NCBI GenBank assembly: GCA_023663235.1
Contig: JAMPHW010000001.1
Location: forward strand, 51,392 to 115,391
Direction of reading: 5' to 3'
DNA: 64,000 bases
Source of the DNA: Ruminococcus sp.
GTDB taxonomy: Bacteria; Bacillota_I; Bacilli_A; RF39; UBA660
Both the position numbers and the translations under genes were made by a program. Under the pieces are notes generated by a model. That model saw only the letters and a list, made by a program, of their open reading frames with translations. It did no database searches and was not told the DNA's origin. This document shows, in pieces, positions 38,775 through 48,926 of the stretch. Within the stretch, counting starts at the first letter, position 1. Each line of letters starts with the position of its first letter.

Positions 38775-39041
38775 ATGAAAAAAATTAATTATGAAAATTT
38801 AGGAGCTTATTTCAAAAAGAAAGCAGAAAATGAATTTGGTGAATGGTATTCTGATAATACTAACGACTGGGAAGAAGACATATCAAGAGCAGAAAATAAT
38901 GCTTACTATGATGAAATAGAAAACTTATACAATTGTCATTTAGAAGTTACAAAGGTAGCTAAAGCACCATTATTGATTGACTTTTATGTAAAGTATTATG
39001 ATGATAATGATTGTGAATACTTTATAGATGAGGTGAAATAA
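38775..39041 (+). CDS. Prophage accessory-operon protein 2 (acidic, hypothetical)
   Basis: Start moved to MKKINY, which has a GAAGGA RBS; 88 aa, acidic. Confidence 0.45.
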   Translation: MKKINYENLGAYFKKKAENEFGEWYSDNTNDWEEDISRAENNAYYDEIENLYNCHLEVTKVAKAPLLIDFYVKYYDDNDCEYFIDEVK

Positions 39042-39502
39042 TGAGAACTGCGGAGTGGTTAAAAAATAAAAGAGTTCAATACTCTTTAACGCAAGCACAG
39101 CTAGCTAAAGCGATTGGCGTAAGCTCTTATACTATTACAAACATCGAGCAAGGGCAACGTATGGGTTCAGCTGAAACTTGGGAAAAAATAGAAAATTATT
39201 TTAATGGCGAAACACCTACTAAAAAAATTTCTTATGAAAGTACTGAATTAATAGAAGAATTAAAACGAGATATAGAAGAATTTGGCGAAGATCATCCTTG
39301 CATTTTAATTTATAAAGTAGTTGAAGATTATATATTATTTACAAATTATGACTTCGTAATTGAAAAAGATAATCTTTTTCCAGATGAAAATGACCCTGAG
39401 CCATTTAATCCTGACAAAGAACTAGAACAAGGCGAAAGTTACATAGAGACTACTTTTAAATATGCTTTAGAAGTGTTTGAAGCACAAAATAAAATTATAT
39501 AG
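39041..39502 (+). CDS. XRE-type HTH domain protein with an acidic C-terminal domain
   Basis: N-terminal ..YSLTQAQLAKAIGVSSYTITNIEQGQRMGSAETWEKIENYF is HTH_3-like. C-terminal 90 aa acidic and uncharacterised. Confidence 0.6.
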   Translation: MRTAEWLKNKRVQYSLTQAQLAKAIGVSSYTITNIEQGQRMGSAETWEKIENYFNGETPTKKISYESTELIEELKRDIEEFGEDHPCILIYKVVEDYILFTNYDFVIEKDNLFPDENDPEPFNPDKELEQGESYIETTFKYALEVFEAQNKII

Positions 39503-39517
39503 AAAGAAGGAATTAAA

Positions 39518-39862
39518 ATGAAAAAATATTTTGTAATAATTGGTTGTGATAACTATTCACTAAAAAATGTACCATTTGATAAAGAAAAAAGGCTCTATGA
39601 TTTTGCTAAAGTAGAAGAATATAATGCATGTTCTAATATAGAAGAAAACGAATTTGATAGTTATGAAGAAGCTAAAAAGTACTTTGATAGTATAAAAAAA
39701 TTAGATTTAACTTGTAACGGAAACGATGTTTATATGGAATATAAGATGTTATTTGTTCGCGATGAAAATGGCGATGAAGTTCCAGAGTATGACGATATTT
39801 ATGTATACGCTAATGAACTTTACAATGATGAAGAACTGCAAAAAATATTACATATCGATTAA
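39518..39862 (+). CDS. Prophage accessory-operon protein 4 (acidic, hypothetical)
   Basis: 114 aa, GGAAT-type RBS; last gene before a bidirectional terminator-like hairpin at about 39872..39912. Confidence 0.45.
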   Translation: MKKYFVIIGCDNYSLKNVPFDKEKRLYDFAKVEEYNACSNIEENEFDSYEEAKKYFDSIKKLDLTCNGNDVYMEYKMLFVRDENGDEVPEYDDIYVYANELYNDEELQKILHID

Positions 39863-39915
39863 ATTGTTGTATAAAAAAGAGCTGCCTCATATATGAAGTT
39901 AACTCTTTTTTATAA

Positions 39916-40125
39916 TTAAACATAATAAATAGTTGTTTTGCCTAAATTGCATTTAACATAGGTCATTTCTCTTATTTCGCGTGGTGCGTCATCTACAGAG
40001 CCTTTGTATAATGGCTCTACATTTGATAAGCCTTTTAATTCTTTAACTTCATCGTACTTATAAACTTCTATGTTCATAGATCTACATATACCTATTTTTA
40101 AATATTCTTTTACTTCTACTTTCAT
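39916..40125 (-). CDS. Hypothetical protein
   Basis: 69-aa ORF. Confidence 0.35.
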   Translation of the reverse strand: MKVEVKEYLKIGICRSMNIEVYKYDEVKELKGLSNVEPLYKGSVDDAPREIREMTYVKCNLGKTTIYYV

Positions 40126-40218
40126 AATAATACCTCTAACAAGAGTATAAATTATTAAATAAGTATAGTCAATTATTTAATAAAATGTTATTATCTAAGT
40201 ATAAGGAGTATATATACA

Positions 40219-40479
40219 ATGAAAAACAATAAAGAAATTATTGAGCGTTTAAACAAAAGCGATAGCATAATGGCTAGCCTTGATGGAGCTGTTTTTATTC
40301 AAGCCGAAAGTGATGGAGATCTAGATGGTTTATTTGGTTCGATTATTGAAGCTTTAGTTAACATGATTGGGGCAAAAAAAGTAAAAGAACAATTTAATAA
40401 AAATATAGAAATGGCGGAAATATTAAGCAGTATGTCAAAAAAAGATAAGAAGAAACTATTTAATAATCTTCAAAAATAA
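40219..40479 (+). CDS. Hypothetical protein
   Basis: 86-aa ORF with a GGAG RBS, followed by the hairpin aaagagc-n11-gctcttt. Confidence 0.4.
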   Translation: MKNNKEIIERLNKSDSIMASLDGAVFIQAESDGDLDGLFGSIIEALVNMIGAKKVKEQFNKNIEMAEILSSMSKKDKKKLFNNLQK

Positions 40480-40496
40480 GGCATATAAAAAGAGCA

Positions 40497-40721
40497 TTAA
40501 TTAAAAAGCTCTTTCTTTTTGTTTTCAAACTCAAAATATGATTTTGTTTTATCGTAGCTTTCGTTTACTTCATTTTTGAAATTTTCAAAATGAGTTTTAC
40601 ACAAACTAAATGTATGTGTAGTGTTTCCCAAAATTATTTCTGCATTTACAATCGCTTTTTCTTCACAAAAATTGCAACAGTTTGATTTTTCAATCAATTC
40701 AAATTTAAAAATTTTATCCAT
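40497..40721 (-). CDS. Small Cys-containing (zinc-ribbon-like) hypothetical protein
   Basis: ..CCNFCEEK...SLCKTHF.. Confidence 0.35.
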   Translation of the reverse strand: MDKIFKFELIEKSNCCNFCEEKAIVNAEIILGNTTHTFSLCKTHFENFKNEVNESYDKTKSYFEFENKKKELFN

Positions 40722-40778
40722 AGACTAAAACCTCCTAAGGAATATTTTAACATAAATACATTTTATTGCAATAAAAAA

Positions 40779-40806
40779 AGAGCTAACCTCGAAAGAAGTT
40801 AGCTCT
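40779..40806 (-). terminator. Terminator of the lysis cassette
   Basis: Perfect hairpin agagctaac-n11-gttagctct overlapping the endolysin stop, with a T-run on the minus strand. Confidence 0.65.
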
Positions 40807-41614
40807 CTTTTATTTGTACACCATCTATTTCTTTTCCATAAACTCCTGCATATCCATCATTTGTATTGTCTACCTTTTTAACCCAAGGTAGCCAATCTTC
40901 GCCCTTAATGTGAACACGATATTGACAATTATACACTTGTAAGCCGTCTATAGACTTATTTAAAATGCCAGCATATCCATTTGAATTGGTAGCATTATAA
41001 TCTGTTATTTCAGCAAGCCAAGACCCATTTAAGGTATGTGCCTTATAAGTTTTATTTTTAACTTGAATACCATCTATCTCTTTTCCTAAAATACCCGCAA
41101 AGCCTTCGTTTGTGTCATCAACTTTATTAACCCAAGGCAACCATGAGCCATTTTTTAGATGAACTCTGTAGGCTATTCCATCTGTAATTGTTTCTGTAGT
41201 TTCGCTAGGTAAATCAGCATCTATATAAGGTTTAGGGTTTATTCTAACATTATTTGGAGTTCTTACTTCAAAATGTAAGTGCCTTCCTTTCGCATATCCA
41301 GTGTTGCCCATATATCCAATAACTTGTCCTTTAGCTACTGTATCGCCTTTATTAACTTTTACACTATTAAATGCCATATGTGCGTATAAAGTATAATAGC
41401 CATTATTATGCTTTATCTTTACATAATTACCATAGCTATGACCTGATGTATCAGTTCTATTATAGTTTTTAACTACTTCTACTACTACACCATCAGAATG
41501 AGCTATTATATAGTCTAATTGTTTATAATTTTTAACTAAATCAATACCAAAGTGTGTTGTTCCATTAAATTCCCAAGTAATTTGATTTTGTCCTGTTTTT
41601 AATACTCTACTCAT
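40799..41614 (-). CDS. Endolysin: M23 (LytM-type) peptidase domain plus three C-terminal cell-wall-binding repeats
   Basis: ..HFGIDLV...GYMGNTGYAKGRHLHFEV.. is the M23 motif. Three approximately 45-aa repeats follow (..NGSWLPWVNKVDDTNEGFAGILGKEIDGIQV..). Confidence 0.75.
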   Translation of the reverse strand: MSRVLKTGQNQITWEFNGTTHFGIDLVKNYKQLDYIIAHSDGVVVEVVKNYNRTDTSGHSYGNYVKIKHNNGYYTLYAHMAFNSVKVNKGDTVAKGQVIGYMGNTGYAKGRHLHFEVRTPNNVRINPKPYIDADLPSETTETITDGIAYRVHLKNGSWLPWVNKVDDTNEGFAGILGKEIDGIQVKNKTYKAHTLNGSWLAEITDYNATNSNGYAGILNKSIDGLQVYNCQYRVHIKGEDWLPWVKKVDNTNDGYAGVYGKEIDGVQIKES

Positions 41615-41796
41615 TACTTTTCACCATCTTTCTTTGCAAAATAAAAAGTCATCACCATAATGACTATATCTTTATAATCAGCTTCTACTATGCCTTTAAT
41701 ACACATAAATGTATAAGCTCCTACTACTCCTAAAGACAGAATACTTTTTAAATCTATTAGTTTAGCAAGCTTTTCTATTATAGGATGCTTTTCCAT
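41614..41796 (-). CDS. Putative holin
   Basis: 60 aa with two hydrophobic segments, immediately upstream of the endolysin. Confidence 0.45.
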   Translation of the reverse strand: MEKHPIIEKLAKLIDLKSILSLGVVGAYTFMCIKGIVEADYKDIVIMVMTFYFAKKDGEK

Positions 41797-42047
41797 TATT
41801 CATGCTTCCTCTCTAACTTTTCAAGCCTTGCATCAATTCTTTTTATATGTTCTTCTACTACCGGAACTCTATGAGCGAAGTTGTTATGCTCTCTAACCTC
41901 GCGTGTAAGTTCTTCTAACTTAGTATCAAAAACAGCTTGTTGCATTTCTAGTTGATGTTCTATTCTTTTATTGCTAGATATATTAGAAAAGACCACCCCA
42001 ATTAAAGATAGTCCTCCACTTATCAATGCTACTAATATCGCTTGCAT
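41796..42047 (-). CDS. XhlA-family phage hemolysin-like protein
   Basis: N-terminal TM (MQAILVALISGGLSLIGVVF) plus coiled-coil, matching the XhlA architecture. Confidence 0.55.
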   Translation of the reverse strand: MQAILVALISGGLSLIGVVFSNISSNKRIEHQLEMQQAVFDTKLEELTREVREHNNFAHRVPVVEEHIKRIDARLEKLERKHE

Positions 42048-42168
42048 AATTAATCACCTTCTGTTTTATTATCATTTAAAAGAGCCTCCACATTGGCTCT
42101 TAATTTTTCTGGAACATCATCAATGTTTTTTAATCCTTTTTGAATTAATCTATACCATATTTTTACCA

Positions 42169-42486
42169 TTATTCTGCACCTGCCAATTCTATCATTGCTA
42201 ATTGTAACTCAGTTATTTGTTCTTGAAGTTCTTGATTGATTATTTCTGGTACTGGCTCAACATAATCCTCATTTTTGTAGAAGCCTTTATCTTTTGTATA
42301 GCAATATTTACTTTCGCAAACGCCATCTGGAATTTCTATATTTTCATAAGTATGAGCTACTAAATATTTAGCTATTGCTAAAGTTCCGTTATCTACTAAT
42401 GGATTTCCATTTTTTTGATAGTCTAAAGTTTCACTTATATGAACTATCATATCTTCATTATTTGTTAACACGTACACTTTAATCAC
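42169..42486 (-). CDS. Phage hypothetical protein
   Basis: 105-aa ORF in the tail-fibre region. Confidence 0.4.
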   Translation of the reverse strand: MIKVYVLTNNEDMIVHISETLDYQKNGNPLVDNGTLAIAKYLVAHTYENIEIPDGVCESKYCYTKDKGFYKNEDYVEPVPEIINQELQEQITELQLAMIELAGAE

Positions 42487-43808
42487 TCTCCTTCTTCTAT
42501 TCTTGGTACGTATACCTTTATATTTTTACCACTTGTTCCCTTTTCTTTTGCCACTCCAAAAATAACATCACTAGAAGATGTTATTTGTTTTACACCATTG
42601 TTAAATTCTCCTAAAACTGTTATAAAAAGATTATCGCCTGTTGGTCTATCACTAACTACAATTTTATTATTTAGGTTTAAAGCAAAAGTATTATCATACT
42701 TTATTCCAGTATCTAACAATAGCCTTTCTACCACTGTTATGTTATCATTATCAAACGAATAAATTACTTTATAGGGTTTACTACTCACAACTTCATAAAT
42801 TTCAAATTCTGTTTCTGATAATATTTTTAATGTTGTAACGCTAGTTGGACTTCCCTCTACTTGAGTTGGTGTACATGGTATTAAAGTTTCATCATTTATT
42901 ACGCAAATCTGTGCTTGTTTTTTTCCATCACTATTGGTCCAGAACAATGCCACTCTAGTTTCATTTAATCTTATTACTTGTATTGCTTGGTATTTATTAA
43001 CATACCCACCAACATTTAAATCATTACTTTTATGATTTATACCATTGTCTACACCTTCTATTACTGAATACTTTAAAGGAAGATATGACGAACCACCCTC
43101 ACTATAAATTAATATCCCTTTATTTTCACTTAACATTATGGGCACATCTGCAAATTTATCTTCATAACCATTATAAACTGCAATACTAGCTACTGTACCA
43201 CTATTAACAGTTGTTCCATCAACAGTACATATTCTGTAAGATGGTTGGTATTTAGTACTTTGAGGGTAATTTTCATAAAATATAACTATTTTATTATCTT
43301 TCAATTTGAATATTGGTCCAATCCATTTGATGTCAGGATAACTAGATGTAGAATTATATATAATAGAATTATTGCATTCCTTTATTTCTAATCTATCTAT
43401 CACACAAATCGAGCATGTAATCTTTTTACCATTATTGGTTGGAGTTACAATAAGAACTTTGTTTTCATCTAATAATGTTATTCCTTGACTCCCATAAATT
43501 GTTTCGCCAAGTAGCAATATATCTGTTCCAAAAACAACTCCGCTATCGCTTATTTCACAAACAAAACCTCGGAGCTGTTTCATATTAGAATCGGAGCAAT
43601 GGCTTATAAAAATCCTATCATCTGATAACTCTACTGCTTTAACATATCCAAAATAATATGTTTCTTTAGTAACCTTATTAGCTTCAAAATCATTTATATA
43701 AGTAACGAAGTCTCCTGCGTTTATATTTCCACCTGACGCGACCATATAATCATTAATTATGCCATTTATCTTACTTCCTCCACCAACACCGTTTATTCTA
43801 CCCCTCAT
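42483..43808 (-). CDS. Putative tail fibre / receptor-binding protein
   Basis: 441 aa, by position between the tail module and the lysis cassette. Confidence 0.45.
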   Translation of the reverse strand: MRGRINGVGGGSKINGIINDYMVASGGNINAGDFVTYINDFEANKVTKETYYFGYVKAVELSDDRIFISHCSDSNMKQLRGFVCEISDSGVVFGTDILLLGETIYGSQGITLLDENKVLIVTPTNNGKKITCSICVIDRLEIKECNNSIIYNSTSSYPDIKWIGPIFKLKDNKIVIFYENYPQSTKYQPSYRICTVDGTTVNSGTVASIAVYNGYEDKFADVPIMLSENKGILIYSEGGSSYLPLKYSVIEGVDNGINHKSNDLNVGGYVNKYQAIQVIRLNETRVALFWTNSDGKKQAQICVINDETLIPCTPTQVEGSPTSVTTLKILSETEFEIYEVVSSKPYKVIYSFDNDNITVVERLLLDTGIKYDNTFALNLNNKIVVSDRPTGDNLFITVLGEFNNGVKQITSSSDVIFGVAKEKGTSGKNIKVYVPRIEEGE

Positions 43809-44742
43809 TATTACTCACCTCTTCTGGAATACTTAACTGATACAAAACTGATATCATGATATCACTTTCTGGTAACTCGCTTGCTTCTATTATAAAACCA
43901 CCATCGTATGAGTTTACAGAGCAAGCTCCTAATGTTTCTGCATCTTCTTGATTTATAAAGTCCACCATTATATAATGACTTGTTGTTATGTTAGCATTGC
44001 TTACATTGTACTCATACTTCTCTGTTTCTTCATTTAGAATCCAGTTTGATAATTTTAATGTTGTTGTATATGTCTTTAATTCTATAGAATCAACTTTATT
44101 TTTTACTAAAGTTATTTGATTAGCCAAATTTCCAGCAACATCTCCATCAAGTGTATTTTTTATAGTGTTAAACCAATCTTCAAAATTCTTTTGCGAATCT
44201 TTAATCAGCTTCTCAGCCTTTGCATATAGTTGAGCATATAATTCTTCAGTATTAGGAGTTTCAACAGAACAAATAACATTTCCACAATCACTATTAATAA
44301 ATCTTGTATCTTCTATTAAATCTTGAGTAATAGTTGTTGTACCTGCTGGAATATTAATTTTTGCTATTCTTAAATCATAAATAGTAGCTGACCTTACTAA
44401 ATCAGGAGCAACTGGTTCAGTAGCAAATTCTCCTTTTATTACTTTTGAAATAATTTCTCTACTCGTTAAATCTAGCCTTAATACTACATTATCTATACGA
44501 TTTAATACACCATCAGCATTGTCTATCAATAATAATCTTTTTGAATCATTATGATAACTATATCCATTAATATTTGCTGAGCCTATATCAACATTTACTG
44601 ACATATCATCATTTTCACCTAAAACCATACAGCCATTGTTAAAAATACCATTTGTAAAGTAATCTCTTAGTTTTCTTGCTACATCTTCTGCAAAATATAC
44701 TCTATCTCCATTAATATCATTAAAAAAGCCTGATTTCTCCAT
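43798..44742 (-). CDS. Phage tail protein (putative upper baseplate / fibre)
   Basis: 314 aa, by position. Confidence 0.4.
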   Translation of the reverse strand: MEKSGFFNDINGDRVYFAEDVARKLRDYFTNGIFNNGCMVLGENDDMSVNVDIGSANINGYSYHNDSKRLLLIDNADGVLNRIDNVVLRLDLTSREIISKVIKGEFATEPVAPDLVRSATIYDLRIAKINIPAGTTTITQDLIEDTRFINSDCGNVICSVETPNTEELYAQLYAKAEKLIKDSQKNFEDWFNTIKNTLDGDVAGNLANQITLVKNKVDSIELKTYTTTLKLSNWILNEETEKYEYNVSNANITTSHYIMVDFINQEDAETLGACSVNSYDGGFIIEASELPESDIMISVLYQLSIPEEVSNNEG

Positions 44743-44744
44743 GT

Positions 44745-45791
44745 TTATTCCTCCACTTCTAGACTTTCAGCTAAAGGTGTGCCAAAAGTCGCATAAATCT
44801 TTTGATTTTTATCTTCAATAATCTCTTCCACTTCAATTATTCTCTGTTTCATTGAAACATTCCAACTTTCTTTTTTTACATTAACTATATCTCCCAAATC
44901 CCAATATTTTTTATAATCATCAAAATAAACAGAGACTTCTACAGTTTCTGATACTTCTAATAATTCATTATTTCCAATTGTAAACAAAGTCTTTTTATAG
45001 TCACTTAATGTTGTATCTTCATCTAATGCTTCAGAAGAAGCATCTATAAATATTTCTTTTAATTCTAAATCTTTAAAATTTCCTCTTTTTACCTCAACAA
45101 TAATTCTATTACTACCTTCTCCACTACCACCAATCAAAGCATAATTCTTTTCATCTACTGAAGATAAAACATACTTAGATTCCTCTATATTCTCTCTATC
45201 TTCGCTAAATTCATAACGTGGATTAATATCCTGAGCATCTGTTCTATCTAACCCTTGATAATTATCATATATAAATTTTTTTCTATTAACATCAGCTGTT
45301 ATTCTATGAGCTATTGTCGAATTTTTAGATAATTTGTTTAAATACTCATAAACATTTTTGTAAGTACATTGAAAAACAATATTATTAGATTCTAAAATTG
45401 TATCTCTTATTTCTAACATTGAAAAAGGAGTCATTTCATTTAAAATTCTCCTTTCGCCATCTAAAATTTTTCCACTAAAATTAATTCTATTCTTAACTAT
45501 CCTTCGGTCTAAGATGCTAGATAAGAATCTACCAAAAATGGTAACTTCGACATATTCCCCTCTATCATCTATTTGCCAGCTTTCAACAATTCCATTTTCT
45601 ACTGCATCATCACGAATAATAATATTATCTTTGATTAAATATTTCATTGTTTCACTATTAAAAGGCATATGTAATTCAAATTCTCCCGCCTCAAAATATT
45701 TTCTGCGCCATCTAAGAGAGCTAAAATGATCTATAACTCCAATAAAAACTAAATCTTTAGTATAAACATAAATATCAAACTTTTCTATCAT
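44745..45791 (-). CDS. Tail-associated protein (Tal-like, ReqiPepy6 gp37-like N-terminus)
   Basis: MIEKFDIYVYTKDLVFIGVIDHFSSLRWRRKYFEAGEFELHMP..; lies after the Dit-like gene. Confidence 0.5.
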   Translation of the reverse strand: MIEKFDIYVYTKDLVFIGVIDHFSSLRWRRKYFEAGEFELHMPFNSETMKYLIKDNIIIRDDAVENGIVESWQIDDRGEYVEVTIFGRFLSSILDRRIVKNRINFSGKILDGERRILNEMTPFSMLEIRDTILESNNIVFQCTYKNVYEYLNKLSKNSTIAHRITADVNRKKFIYDNYQGLDRTDAQDINPRYEFSEDRENIEESKYVLSSVDEKNYALIGGSGEGSNRIIVEVKRGNFKDLELKEIFIDASSEALDEDTTLSDYKKTLFTIGNNELLEVSETVEVSVYFDDYKKYWDLGDIVNVKKESWNVSMKQRIIEVEEIIEDKNQKIYATFGTPLAESLEVEE

Positions 45792-46654
45792 TATATAGCC
45801 TCGTATTCTTGATAGAATTCAATTATAGCTTCTAAATTATCAGCACCCTCATCAGCATTATATCTAAAAGTATTTATTCCTCTATGAACTTGTAAAAATT
45901 TACTACCATAAACCATTAAGTTATTAATATTTTCTTCTTTACCAGTAGCCGAAGGAATATATATTATATTTTTATTTTCTCTGTAAGTACTCACTATTAC
46001 TTTATCTCCAGCATTCATTGATATATTAACTTTCATTTCTTCTCTACTATCTACATTGAATAAAGAAGGATTAATTACTATATCATTTGCTTTAAAAATA
46101 ATAGTCATACCATATTCTATATTACTATCATTTTTAATTACTGCCATTAAATTAGTATTTTTTTTACCAAACTTAATACCTTCTACTTCAGGAATTTGTA
46201 AAGGAAATTTAAAAGCAGGTAACCAAGTAGCCATTTGTAAAGTGGTTTTATCTACATCTGTAAAATATGGATTTTGACAAATCAATGAAATTTGAAATGC
46301 TTTATAAATACCTTTAAAATCAATTTTTATGCTTTCAACTCTATATTTAATTTTTCGTGCCAAATCATCTTCATAATAATATAAAGTACCAATAGTTCTT
46401 TGAGGAAAAATTCTATAAAGTAATTGTCGATTATTAATTATATTATCGGTTATAGTTCCTTTGATTACAATATTTCTTTTATTAATACTAGTTCCTGCAT
46501 ATATTTCTCCCACACCATATGCGCTTGTCATACCTGACACAGTACTTAGCATTTCATGTAAGCCAGACACATCATCAAGATGGAAAGGAAATCTATAGTT
46601 AAATTCTAACTTCTCTCCTAAATAAGATTCACAAATTATTTTTTTATTTGCCAT
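45791..46654 (-). CDS. Distal tail protein (Dit-like)
   Basis: 287 aa, immediately downstream of the tape measure gene. Confidence 0.55.
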   Translation of the reverse strand: MANKKIICESYLGEKLEFNYRFPFHLDDVSGLHEMLSTVSGMTSAYGVGEIYAGTSINKRNIVIKGTITDNIINNRQLLYRIFPQRTIGTLYYYEDDLARKIKYRVESIKIDFKGIYKAFQISLICQNPYFTDVDKTTLQMATWLPAFKFPLQIPEVEGIKFGKKNTNLMAVIKNDSNIEYGMTIIFKANDIVINPSLFNVDSREEMKVNISMNAGDKVIVSTYRENKNIIYIPSATGKEENINNLMVYGSKFLQVHRGINTFRYNADEGADNLEAIIEFYQEYEAI

Positions 46655-46664
46655 AGTTTTCCTC

Positions 46665-48833
46665 CTATCTATTTGCTAATTTCATATATTGTAATTCATT
46701 TCTAACTTGTCTAGCATATTCTGCTGGACTATCTTTTGGAGAATAAATATTAAAGTTATTAGTTTCATAATTATTAACATTGCTAACTCCTGTGCCTCTT
46801 GATACTAAATTTTCGCCAGCATTAAATGACACTTTTGATGATAATGTAGGTAAAGCATTTTCTATTGTATCATTAACGCCTTTCATTCCTTTTTCAAAGC
46901 CTACACCTATACCTTCTGCTAGATAAACTCCTACTTGGTCGCGCATTACCTTAGATGGACTGTTTATTCCGAATAGTTTCTTGATAAAATCCATAACATT
47001 ACCTACCCATCCTTTAATTTTGTCTTTAATCCAATCTAAGCTGCTAGAAATACCATTCCATAATCCTTTAACTAAATTTTTACCAACATCAGCCATACTA
47101 GACAATCCCTTTTTCAATGCTCCGGTAATAGAAGTTATAACTTGGGGTATTTTAGAAACCAAATCTGGAATACCTCTAATAATGCCTAAACCAATTTCTG
47201 CAATTATTCTTAATCCAGCCGATAAAATTTGAGGTAATAAGTTTATTAAAACGGAGTATATTCCAATAATTATTTCTGGAACTTTGGCAAGTAAGTCAGG
47301 CAAAGCATTCATAATACCAACAGTTAAAGCAACTATTATTTGAATAGCAGCTTCAATTAGTAAATCTAAGTTATCAAGTAGTATTGTAACTATTTGTAAT
47401 ATCACATCTACAATTGTTGGGATTAATTCAGGCAAGTTATTAGCTATTCCAGTTGCTAAAGCTGTTATTAACTGTAATCCTATTTGTATAATCATAGGTA
47501 AGTTCTGTAAGATAAAATTTACAAAACTAGTTAACAAATTAACAACTAAATTAGCAATAGGCTGAATATTAGTAGATATCATTGTAAACAATGAATTAAG
47601 CATATTTTGAACTGCTGTAAATAATTGAGGCAATAAATTCATCAACATGTCGCCAAGCTGAGGAAGTAAAGTTTCTATTAATTCCGTGATACCAGTTAAT
47701 ATATTAGGTGCTAAATCAGTTATAGCATTTGTAACATTTGTTACAAAATTTTTAATAGTTTTAGCTAATTGTTTTGAACTCCCAGAACCATTTAAGAAAT
47801 TATTGAAAGCTGCTTTCATTGATGTTGCACTACCACTTATTGTAGTTGCTGCTTCTTTTGCTGTTGTTCCCGTAACATCTAATTCTTCTTGAATTACATG
47901 AATTGCATTATAAACATCACTTAAATTATTAATATCATATTTAACTCCACTAAACTTTTCAGCATCGACAAGCAGTCTTTCCATCTCTGTTTTTGTACCA
48001 CCATAACCTAATTTTAAGTTATCTAGCATGGTATAATTTTGTTTTGCAAATCCTTGATAAGCGTTTTGGATAGAACTCATATCTGTGCCAAATTTATTAG
48101 CATTATCTGACATATCTTGAAAAGCCATATCCGCAACATCAGCTGCCTTAGATGTATCTCCACCTAAAGATTGTAATAAACTAGCTGTAAAAGATGTTAT
48201 GCCTTCCATATATTCATTAGCAGATACTCCAGCTGTTTCATAAGCTTTATTGGCATTATCAATTACTTTTTGAGCTGAATCCCCAAATAAAGTTTCTACA
48301 CCACCAATATTTTGTTCTAAATCAGCATAAGATTTAACCCCAGCTGCAACAACTCCAGCTAATGCTGTAGAAACAGCAACAACTACTTGAGCTACTTTTT
48401 TTATTACTTCTGTAGCTATATCTCCTACTTTTTTTAAAACATCTCCTACCTTGGATAAATCAATTGAATTAGTTTTTTTAAGTTCAGAGTTCATTTTTTG
48501 AATAGCATTTTCTGATTTAGTTATTTCAACAGACAAAGCTCTATAATTTTCTTTTTGCTCATCTGTTAAAGAATTGTAAGAGCCCATTTGTCTTTGAGCC
48601 TCTTTTAAAGCGTTTAATCTATCAGTTGATTCACTAATATTTTTCTTTAGTAATTCTTGCTTTTGAGCCAAAAGTTCTGTATTTTTTGGATCTAACTTTA
48701 ATGCTTGATTTAAAGATTTTAATTCACTATTAGTCGAATATATAACTTTATTAGTATTTTTTAAAGCATCATTTAGTTTTGTCGTACTTCCATCTATTTC
48801 GATAGTTATCCCTTGTAATTTTTTACTAGCCAT
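46665..48833 (-). CDS. Tail tape measure protein
   Basis: 722 aa with N-terminal coiled-coil (..KSLNQALKLDPKNTELLAQKQELLKK..) and a long hydrophobic/Gly-rich middle region, typical of TMP. Confidence 0.8.
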   Translation of the reverse strand: MASKKLQGITIEIDGSTTKLNDALKNTNKVIYSTNSELKSLNQALKLDPKNTELLAQKQELLKKNISESTDRLNALKEAQRQMGSYNSLTDEQKENYRALSVEITKSENAIQKMNSELKKTNSIDLSKVGDVLKKVGDIATEVIKKVAQVVVAVSTALAGVVAAGVKSYADLEQNIGGVETLFGDSAQKVIDNANKAYETAGVSANEYMEGITSFTASLLQSLGGDTSKAADVADMAFQDMSDNANKFGTDMSSIQNAYQGFAKQNYTMLDNLKLGYGGTKTEMERLLVDAEKFSGVKYDINNLSDVYNAIHVIQEELDVTGTTAKEAATTISGSATSMKAAFNNFLNGSGSSKQLAKTIKNFVTNVTNAITDLAPNILTGITELIETLLPQLGDMLMNLLPQLFTAVQNMLNSLFTMISTNIQPIANLVVNLLTSFVNFILQNLPMIIQIGLQLITALATGIANNLPELIPTIVDVILQIVTILLDNLDLLIEAAIQIIVALTVGIMNALPDLLAKVPEIIIGIYSVLINLLPQILSAGLRIIAEIGLGIIRGIPDLVSKIPQVITSITGALKKGLSSMADVGKNLVKGLWNGISSSLDWIKDKIKGWVGNVMDFIKKLFGINSPSKVMRDQVGVYLAEGIGVGFEKGMKGVNDTIENALPTLSSKVSFNAGENLVSRGTGVSNVNNYETNNFNIYSPKDSPAEYARQVRNELQYMKLANR

Positions 48834-48926
48834 TTCCTGTTATGATATTCACTTCCTTTCATAAGCACTAAAAAAACTACTTTTTCAATGAGTAGCCTTT
48901 TTACTACTCATAAAGAGTAGTTATTA

